Source: Caedibacter taeniospiralis
Lineage (GTDB): Bacteria > Pseudomonadota > Gammaproteobacteria > Francisellales > Francisellaceae
Direction: 5' to 3'
Assembly: GCF_002803295.2 (NCBI RefSeq)
Contig: NZ_PGGB02000001.1
Coordinates: forward strand, 77,477 to 109,476
Length of the DNA stretch: 32,000 nucleotides
Shown here piece by piece: positions 8,628-15,803 of this stretch (the first letter of the stretch is position 1; the number at the start of each line of letters is the position of its first letter). The position numbers and the translations under genes are program-made. A model generated the notes under the pieces. The model searched no databases, was not told the origin of the DNA, and saw nothing but the letters and a program-made list of their open reading frames with translations.

Positions 8628-9782
8628 TTAAACTGACGTTATTACCACCGAAATACTCATAAAGCAGGGCTTTTCCCAAACGCTTTTATCATTCGTTAAT
8701 TGGATTGCCGATAATTTTGGGTCAAAATGATCATTGTTTACTTGTGCAGGTAACTTTCTCTCAGGGTTATATGCTTTCAAGAGTAAAAGCGCACATAATG
8801 CCATCTCCGTCGCACTTGCAGCACCCAAAGTGTGACCTGTTAGAGGCTTAGTTGAGCTGCAGCATACGCGATCCGCAAAGACTTCATAAATTGCGCAACT
8901 TTCCATCGCATCATTTTTGGGCGTTGCCGTCCCATGCGTGTTGATATAGGCAATATCCATGGGCTTAATATTGGCGTCCATGAGTGCATTAAGCATCGCT
9001 TGTTTTGCCCCTTTGCCTTCTGGGTCTGGGGAGGTGATATGATAGGCATCAGAAGTCTCACCGCCGCCTAATAACTCAAGTTCGCTTGAATGCTTACTTA
9101 AAATAAATAATGCCACACCTTCTCCAATATTAATGCCATCCCGATTTTGCTGAAACGGCTGGCAAATACCACTTGAGATAGAATCTAGCGCATCAAAGCC
9201 ATTTAGTGGCAATTGCGATAAGCTATCGGCTCCACCAACAATACACAAATCACACAGTCCTGCCTTGATTAGGTGTTTTGCGGACATAAATGCTTTGCCA
9301 CTGGAAGAACAGGCAGTTGAGATCACATAGGCAGGACCTCGGGCAGCTGCAAGTTTTGCAACAAACTCCGCCATTGTGCCAAATTCCTGCTGATGATAAT
9401 GAAAACTCCTTGGCATTTGCCCTGTCCTGGCATAATGCTGATAAGCCATCTCTCCTTCTAAAATGCCTGAGGTACTTGTGCCTAAGATCACGCCTATTCT
9501 TTCTGGATTCATCTTGTGTGATAAATCTTCATAGGCGGACTTTATTTCCTGAAATGCTTTAAATAGCAATCGATTATTATGACAGTCAACCTGCTGATAT
9601 TGCTCTGGCAAACTCGTTAGCTGAGCTGTCACTTTTCCCACATAGGTTTTCCTGCCACTAAAGAGCGCATCATATGGAATCAGCACTGCGCGATTCGCCA
9701 GTAACGCCCTGGCAACTTCTTCTTTACCATCACCTAGCGCATTGATCACAGCAAAATCATTAATATAGACATTATTTTTCAT
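8628..9782 (-). CDS. beta-ketoacyl-ACP synthase (first KS of the module); 3' end apparently frameshifted
   Basis: It has the KS triad (STACSSS, AYHITSPD, THGTATPKND) and GHTLGAAS. The start is ATG 9782, or TTG 9788 as in the ORF track. The annotated frame ends ..WEKPCFMSISVVITSV*, whereas the -1 frame reads ..KALLYEYFGGNNVSLIIGNSHCFM* and ends at 8599. That is the expected KS C-terminus (see findings). Confidence 0.8.
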   Translation of the reverse strand: MKNNVYINDFAVINALGDGKEEVARALLANRAVLIPYDALFSGRKTYVGKVTAQLTSLPEQYQQVDCHNNRLLFKAFQEIKSAYEDLSHKMNPERIGVILGTSTSGILEGEMAYQHYARTGQMPRSFHYHQQEFGTMAEFVAKLAAARGPAYVISTACSSSGKAFMSAKHLIKAGLCDLCIVGGADSLSQLPLNGFDALDSISSGICQPFQQNRDGINIGEGVALFILSKHSSELELLGGGETSDAYHITSPDPEGKGAKQAMLNALMDANIKPMDIAYINTHGTATPKNDAMESCAIYEVFADRVCCSSTKPLTGHTLGAASATEMALCALLLLKAYNPERKLPAQVNNDHFDPKLSAIQLTNDKSVWEKPCFMSISVVITSV

Positions 9783-9784
9783 AT

Positions 9785-10369
9785 TCAATAGTCATTTGTT
9801 TGCCCAAAGGAAGTCATGGACAAAAAGGTTGAAATTTGCCTAAAGCTCACCTCAATATCGCTATACGCGTGACCTTGCCCCGTCTTAATATCGATATTCG
9901 CACCTGCAAATACCTGTTTAGCAAATTGTATGGGTGTTGTCATATCATCCTCCTGCAGCAATACCAGGTAATTTTTCAAATCTTTCAACGTTTTTGGCAT
10001 TGCATTAACCAGCATCATCGCCTCTTCATACACATGCTGATAGGCAGGAGTTTCCGCGATCAAATCAAGGCGTACGGCGGGATTAATTAAAACCACCTTA
10101 TCAACATCATCACGAAGCTGCTTTTGCAAATGCGCCATATAGCCGCCCAGGGAGCTGCCGATAATTACTTTGTGCCTGGCGTTCGTTCTTGTCAGCAAGC
10201 GATCAATTAAGTCGAATGCTTCTTTGGTCGTCGCTGGCAATTGTGGTGCTTCTATGATCGCGTGAGGATACTGTTGCTTTAACCATACTTTAAGTTTTTG
10301 CGCTTTTGGGGAATCAGGGGAGCCCTGAAATCCATGTAAATATAAAAAATAAAGGCTGCTATTATCCAT
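9785..10369 (-). CDS. YqiA-family (UPF0227) alpha/beta-hydrolase esterase
   Basis: 194 aa. LYLHGFQGSPDSPKA, PQLP, the nucleophile elbow GSSLGGY, and NPAVR align with E. coli YqiA. The stop abuts the KS start. Confidence 0.7.
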   Translation of the reverse strand: MDNSSLYFLYLHGFQGSPDSPKAQKLKVWLKQQYPHAIIEAPQLPATTKEAFDLIDRLLTRTNARHKVIIGSSLGGYMAHLQKQLRDDVDKVVLINPAVRLDLIAETPAYQHVYEEAMMLVNAMPKTLKDLKNYLVLLQEDDMTTPIQFAKQVFAGANIDIKTGQGHAYSDIEVSFRQISTFLSMTSFGQTNDY

Positions 10370-10375
10370 TTTTCC

Positions 10376-12070
10376 TCACAACATGTACTGCCAACAATTA
10401 ATCAAATGATAGCCCGTGGTCGATTTTATCAAGTTAAAACCAGGATTACCTGAATAATCGACGTACTCAACAGGTAAATCATGATCGATAAAGGTCGCAC
10501 TGAATGTATCAAACACTGAGGCTAAAGACGCAGATTGTCCGCTCATTGCCAAGTAACGCATATACTCCAGCATCGGCCAAATGCGATATGGCGAGGTTTG
10601 TTCATTTTCATGCAGATTGGGTCTCACGTATCCCTTCGCACTCAAGCCTTGCTTTAAAGTCTGCTCAAAGAGGGTTTTATCATCATCCATCACACTGATA
10701 TCAACACCTAAACTCTTCGCTTCGGTCATTAAAGAGCACCACTCAAAGCTGTGTCCTGGCTCAAATATTTCAGGTTGCTCTTCAATAGAGTACTCACGTA
10801 TCAGTTTTTTTTGTGGATCAAAAAACAATACCATGATCTTGCGATACAAGTCTTCGGCTTGCGCTTTAAATAAAGTTTCACGGGTATGCCGAAAAGCCAT
10901 CAAATAGCCTTCAAACAAGTGCATCAGTGCATTTTGACCAATCACCCCTGTTTCACTTCTTAAGCGACTAAATTCGTTTTCGATAAATTTTTGGTGAATG
11001 CGTGTGTGAACATTTAAAATGTCCTCCAACAACGCTTCCTCCTTAAAATTGCCATACAGCTCACTTAGCGAAAACAACAAAAAGGCGTATTCATACGGAT
11101 CGTTGTCATTTTTGCAGAGCTTGTCTTTGTACCAACCCTGGCTAACTGAATCAAAATATTCATTTTTGATCATCTGATATAGCTGATAGGCTTTATTAAG
11201 TCCCTCTGTTGTATTGGTTAAGCGTGCATATGTTAGTAAATAAAACATGCCGCGCGTTTGGCACAATAGTCTCGTGCAATCTGCGTCAATTTCATGGGGT
11301 TTATCCAAAAACTCTGGCACATAACCCAAGTGCTCAATATTTTTAATAAGAAGCTGGTAATAACACTCCATCCAGAGCTGAATTGCCTTTTGCCTGTTTT
11401 TCAATTCAATTGCCGATAAGATTTTATCGAATACCTCTCTGATGCCCAAGTGACCTGTATCGATAATCCACGCATCTTCTGCAGGTCTTAATGGTGCCAC
11501 GACCCTATTTCTATCTTGCCTGTCCCGCGCCTCTAACTGCGCCAAAATCTCGTCATAGTCTGCCTTTTCACCTTTTACTGCAAGCTCGTCAAAACGTCTC
11601 TTTGCACGTATTCTGCTATTTGCTTCAAGAAAAAATTTATGCTTGGCATGAGGAAATACTACCGTTCCCATATCTCTGCCATCTGCCACAAGTCCATTCA
11701 CACCTTCTGCAAAGTCCTTTTGACACTGCATTAGCGCATCTCTTACCACAGATATTTTTGCAATCTTAGAAGCCATCATTCCTGTTTGCTCTTCGCGAAT
11801 GCGGCTACTAACATCAACTTCATCCAAATAGGCTTTTGTCTTATCTGCCTCAACCGAGAAACGAATATTCAGCTGCGCTAGCTTTTTTGCCAACATACGC
11901 TCATCATCCAATGGCAACTGGTGATCTAACACATAAAGTGCCGCCAGTCGATAAATTGCACCACTGTCTAGCAGGGCATAATTGAACTTTTGTGCCAATA
12001 ATCGTGACAATGTGCCCTTACCCACACCACTGGGTCCATCAATCGTAATAATTTCTACTTTATTTGGCAT
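10376..12070 (-). CDS. cmk: fusion protein: cytidylate kinase (N) + N-acylglucosamine 2-epimerase/AGE-superfamily domain (C)
   Basis: The N-terminal ~230 aa are Cmk: IITIDGPSGVGKGTLSRLLA, LDSGAIYR, DGRDMGTVVFP. The C-terminal ~335 aa carry AGE-family motifs: QNALMHLFEGYL, EPGHSFEWCSL, RIWPMLEYMRYL. The reading frame is uninterrupted. I prefer ATG 12070 (AAGG 8 nt upstream) over ATG 12103. Confidence 0.75.
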   Translation of the reverse strand: MPNKVEIITIDGPSGVGKGTLSRLLAQKFNYALLDSGAIYRLAALYVLDHQLPLDDERMLAKKLAQLNIRFSVEADKTKAYLDEVDVSSRIREEQTGMMASKIAKISVVRDALMQCQKDFAEGVNGLVADGRDMGTVVFPHAKHKFFLEANSRIRAKRRFDELAVKGEKADYDEILAQLEARDRQDRNRVVAPLRPAEDAWIIDTGHLGIREVFDKILSAIELKNRQKAIQLWMECYYQLLIKNIEHLGYVPEFLDKPHEIDADCTRLLCQTRGMFYLLTYARLTNTTEGLNKAYQLYQMIKNEYFDSVSQGWYKDKLCKNDNDPYEYAFLLFSLSELYGNFKEEALLEDILNVHTRIHQKFIENEFSRLRSETGVIGQNALMHLFEGYLMAFRHTRETLFKAQAEDLYRKIMVLFFDPQKKLIREYSIEEQPEIFEPGHSFEWCSLMTEAKSLGVDISVMDDDKTLFEQTLKQGLSAKGYVRPNLHENEQTSPYRIWPMLEYMRYLAMSGQSASLASVFDTFSATFIDHDLPVEYVDYSGNPGFNLIKSTTGYHLINCWQYML

Positions 12071-12254
12071 ATTTCTAACCTTAAACTCAAATGCCAAGGG
12101 CATTCAACAATATATCTATGAAGAATTTTGCGCCCAATTCTACTATCTATTGTTGAAGAAACCAAACTATACCCATCGCAAATCATGGTCGCCTCATTAA
12201 AATTTTGCCCATGGCACTACCTTGTAGAATCTCGTCAACTATACTTTTTGACAT

Positions 12255-14465
12255 ATGGATTATCAGGATCTGCTGAACATGAATAAAACGGGACATCGTG
12301 AACAAGGCAGTGTACTACTGATAGCACTCATCATTGTTGCTGTAGTATCAATATTATCAGGTGTTATTTTGTATATGCTGAAAGTCAGTATGGTGCAAAA
12401 TCAGGCGATTGAAAACTACAATAATGCGCGCAATGCTGCGTTTTTATCTTTAAAAAATACGATGGAAACAAATGATTACCCCTACACCAATACACCTTTA
12501 AGTCCTGTTGTAAAAAATTATACTTCAAACGCTGAAAACATTACCGTGACTAGTACGGTACCTGTGGATTTAAATGATGCTATCTTTCCCGATCATGCGG
12601 CGCTTAATAACGCCTCCGCCGTGTTGCAATATGGTGTAAATATACGGGTTACTGCACAGGCACAACACCAGATCGAATACGTAGCTATTGTCAATGCGCC
12701 CAGCCAATACAGGCAATTAAATGATTTAACATCGCAAGCAATACAAAATGTGAATATCCCTGCAGTAATTTTGACTAACTTGAATGCTTTACAAAAAAAC
12801 GCTAACAATACGATAGATGACGGGCAGGCAGGATTTCTAGGGACTATCAGTGTGGATAACACAGGAACCGTTGGGGCAGCTGGTTCTGGTAAACAGCTGA
12901 ACTATAGTCCAACCACGGGAGGGAGCCATAGTTTAGAATTTGCAGATAATGGGAATTACAAGCTCGAACAAGGCTGGTATTTAAATGCTGGAGCTTGGCA
13001 TTGGCGTTTGATCATCTATGAGGGGGCGTATGCTTACTATACGGAGATAGCTTTATCTACACTGAAAGCTCAGTCAGGGAGTTTTGCTAATTTAGCCTGG
13101 ACGCGCCTTCTTGTGCAAGACATGCTAAGCTCCCCCAATCAATATGACTCAAGTAAAGAATATCCAGCAGGCAGTTATGTGAACTATGCTGGGCAGATTT
13201 TTGTGGCGTTAAGTGAGGTCAACACAGGTCAGAATAAAGACCCTTACAGTAATTGGAGCCAATGGCGATTAATCATCCCATTTGGTACCTATCCAGCATG
13301 GAATGCGGATGTCCAATACTACAAAGGTGATATTATTACGTACAATGGTGTCAAATATGTTGGTACCATGAACAATGGGGTCGGGAAGGGGGATCCTCCC
13401 AGTAATGGCTGGGCAGTGGCGCAGTTTAATCCTGCGCCTTGGCAGAATCAAGTTTATGATCCTGGTGAGTTCGTAACTTATGAGGGCTATACTTTTGTCA
13501 ACGTCCATAAAAGTGTCGCGAGCAAAACACCATTTGAAGAGAGTGACCGCTGGAGGGTTGTTTTACCAGAGAATAGTCAGCCACTGGCTTATGATCCCCA
13601 TATTTATTACACAGAAGGTTTTAAAATCAGCTATAAGAATAATATTTTTGTAAACACCCAAGGGACAATGGAAAGCCCTGATTCCTCTCAGGCTAATCGG
13701 TGGCTTAAGATTACGACACCGATATATACAATAAAATGGATCAATATCTTTAATCTCATTTATGGTTTTACCCTCATTCAAACTACCGATGGTACTATTA
13801 AAGGGTTCATTTTTGATAATGTGGGGAATCAGGCGAGTGCGGCAGTGGAGTTAGTGACACTCTCAGATGTGACTCATGCCTATATTTTACCTATAGATAT
13901 CAGAGCGAATCAGAATGTAACCAGGTTACTGTTGTTTCTATCCGTGGCTTCGGGACTTAAGCATATTGTTGACATCACGTTAAATTCACAAGCTCAGATC
14001 ACAGCAAGCACGATTATTTACACAAAAGATGATCCAGAGGAACAACTTAGCTATGTTCCACAGGTTTTGTTTAGAGATGAAAGTAGCCATTTTTTGGTCG
14101 TGCCATACCAAAGCTACATCGAGATTTATGTCTATCCCTCTTCATCAACTACACCTTCGGCTGTTTTAAATCGATCAGTTAGTTTTCCAGGGGAAACGCT
14201 GAAACAAGTCATTCCTTTTCAGGGTTTTGTAATGGTGATTACCGAGAGTAATAGCAATCCTCCTAATGGTTTTGCCCATTTTATTGCCTTGAGAGTTAAT
14301 AAGGAATTTGCCACTGTCAATCTAAGCTCAACGACTGGCGTTTATATAACTTACAATCCAGTAACGCAACAAACGCGACTTAACACTTCAACAGACTCAA
14401 TCGGGATCGAAATTCAAGATGCGCCTATGCCTTATGGCGTGATTGGAGTGCGGGCATTGCAATAA
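12255..14465 (+). CDS. membrane-anchored protein: PilX-like N-terminal domain, four CBM5/12-like repeats, beta-rich C-terminal domain
   Basis: 736-aa ORF. The N-terminus REQGSVLLIALIIVAVVSILSGVILYML..NQ..N..ARNAAF resembles the PilX_N pilus-assembly anchor. Residues ~296-486 hold four tandem W/Y..Y..G..V.Y.G..F/Y.....P....W repeats. An alternative start is ATG 12279. Confidence 0.7.
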   Translation: MDYQDLLNMNKTGHREQGSVLLIALIIVAVVSILSGVILYMLKVSMVQNQAIENYNNARNAAFLSLKNTMETNDYPYTNTPLSPVVKNYTSNAENITVTSTVPVDLNDAIFPDHAALNNASAVLQYGVNIRVTAQAQHQIEYVAIVNAPSQYRQLNDLTSQAIQNVNIPAVILTNLNALQKNANNTIDDGQAGFLGTISVDNTGTVGAAGSGKQLNYSPTTGGSHSLEFADNGNYKLEQGWYLNAGAWHWRLIIYEGAYAYYTEIALSTLKAQSGSFANLAWTRLLVQDMLSSPNQYDSSKEYPAGSYVNYAGQIFVALSEVNTGQNKDPYSNWSQWRLIIPFGTYPAWNADVQYYKGDIITYNGVKYVGTMNNGVGKGDPPSNGWAVAQFNPAPWQNQVYDPGEFVTYEGYTFVNVHKSVASKTPFEESDRWRVVLPENSQPLAYDPHIYYTEGFKISYKNNIFVNTQGTMESPDSSQANRWLKITTPIYTIKWINIFNLIYGFTLIQTTDGTIKGFIFDNVGNQASAAVELVTLSDVTHAYILPIDIRANQNVTRLLLFLSVASGLKHIVDITLNSQAQITASTIIYTKDDPEEQLSYVPQVLFRDESSHFLVVPYQSYIEIYVYPSSSTTPSAVLNRSVSFPGETLKQVIPFQGFVMVITESNSNPPNGFAHFIALRVNKEFATVNLSSTTGVYITYNPVTQQTRLNTSTDSIGIEIQDAPMPYGVIGVRALQ
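13140..13712 (+). repeat. four tandem ~45-codon carbohydrate-binding (CBM5/12, ChtBD3-like) repeats inside the 736-aa ORF
   Basis: The four protein-level repeats are QYDSSKEYPAGSYVNYAGQIFVAL..DPYSNWSQWRL; YPAWNADVQYYKGDIITYNGVKYVGT..DPPSNGWAVA; APWQNQVYDPGEFVTYEGYTFVNV..PFEESDRWRVV; and LAYDPHIYYTEGFKISYKNNIFVNT..PDSSQANRWLKI. Confidence 0.6.
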
Positions 14466-14585
14466 CAGCTTAGTACCATACCCCATAAATAACACCAAAA
14501 GTACTCCTGTGTTTGCGATGGGTATATACATTCAACTTCTTATCTTTTACTATGACTGCTATTTGTTGTATCTATTTCAAAAATA

Positions 14586-15803
14586 ATGAAAAAAATCCTC
14601 TTGTGCGTTACTGGCAGTGTGGCAGCCTACAAGGCTCTGGAATTGACCAGGCTTTTAACCAAGGAAAATTATGAGGTGAAAGTCATATTAACCAAGGCAG
14701 CCCAAGAATTTGTGACGCGTTTAAGTTTTGAAGCGCTTTGTCAGCACAGAGTTTATGATGATTTATTCCGCTATACCGACAACCCGATTGAGCATATTGA
14801 ACTCGCTCGCTGGGCGGATCAGATTGTGATAGCACCAGCTTCGGCAAACACCATTGGCAAACTTGCAGCTGGACTTGCAGGTGATTTACTCGGGAATGTC
14901 GTATTGGCAACCGATAAACCTGTTTATATTGCGCCAGCCATGAATAAACTGATGTGGCAAAATAGCATTGTGCGGGAAAATTTAGCCAAACTTAAAGATA
15001 GAGGATGTGTGGTGCTTCCCCCAGACTCAGGCGAGCAAGCCTGTGGCGATGTTGGCGAAGGTCGCTTAATGGAGCCCGAAGCAATTGTAAAAAATATTTT
15101 CCATGCAATAGCAGAAATTGATAAAACAGTGCTTATAACTGCAGGACCAACGGTCGAGCGACTCGATCCTGTGCGCTATATTTCCAATCACAGCTCAGGG
15201 AAAATGGGTTATGCTTTAGCACAAAGTTTTGTACATTTGGGCTGGAGAGTGATCTTGATTTCTGGACCAACTCAGCTTCAGGCTCCCAAAGGAATAACCT
15301 TGATCAGGGTGAAAAGTGCCGATGATATGTATAAAGCGGTGCACCAATATATTGTGGATGCCGATATATTTATTGCCGCAGCGGCGGTGGCTGATTATCG
15401 CCCTGAAACTTATGTTGAGAAGAAGATTAAGAAAAAAGAGGGCGAGGAGCTTCTATCGATCAAGCTTGTCAGGAATGAAGATATTTTAAAGAGCGTATCA
15501 TCGTTAACGCATCATCGTCCGTTGTGTGTTGGATTTGCCGCTGAAACCCACAATGCCAAGGAGAATGCGCTGAGTAAAATCAGTAGTAAAGCCCTTGACT
15601 TTTTGGTGCTCAATCAAATCGATAATGAAACTGGTTTTCCCTTTTATAGTGAGCAAAATCAGGTACAGGTCTATGATCACCTGCATCAGCTTGTATTGGA
15701 TTTGGCGCGGATGTCAAAAAAAGAAATCGCTCAAGAGATTGCAAAACTATTGAATAGGCAAATACTGAAAAAAGAAATTCAGACGGAATTAAGCTATGAA
15801 TAG
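14586..15803 (+). CDS. coaBC: bifunctional phosphopantothenoylcysteine decarboxylase / phosphopantothenate-cysteine ligase
   Basis: 405 aa. It has the flavoprotein N-domain (ILLCVTGSVAAYKALEL, APASANTIGKLA, PAMN..MW) and the CoaB C-domain (ITAGPT.E.LDPVRYISNHSSGKMG, AAAVADYRP). Confidence 0.9.
   Translation: MKKILLCVTGSVAAYKALELTRLLTKENYEVKVILTKAAQEFVTRLSFEALCQHRVYDDLFRYTDNPIEHIELARWADQIVIAPASANTIGKLAAGLAGDLLGNVVLATDKPVYIAPAMNKLMWQNSIVRENLAKLKDRGCVVLPPDSGEQACGDVGEGRLMEPEAIVKNIFHAIAEIDKTVLITAGPTVERLDPVRYISNHSSGKMGYALAQSFVHLGWRVILISGPTQLQAPKGITLIRVKSADDMYKAVHQYIVDADIFIAAAAVADYRPETYVEKKIKKKEGEELLSIKLVRNEDILKSVSSLTHHRPLCVGFAAETHNAKENALSKISSKALDFLVLNQIDNETGFPFYSEQNQVQVYDHLHQLVLDLARMSKKEIAQEIAKLLNRQILKKEIQTELSYE

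Noticed and set aside
12212-12225. sigma54-like TGGCAC-N4-TTGT about 30 nt upstream of the PilX-like gene
   Set aside because: The consensus is TGGCAC-N5-TTGC. Here the spacing is one nt short and the -12 GC is GT, so it does not fit the strict -24/-12 geometry.
12851-12859. Perfect DnaA-box 9-mer TGTGGATAA
   Set aside because: It is a single copy inside a coding region, with no cluster of boxes or adjacent AT-rich unwinding element. This is consistent with chance.
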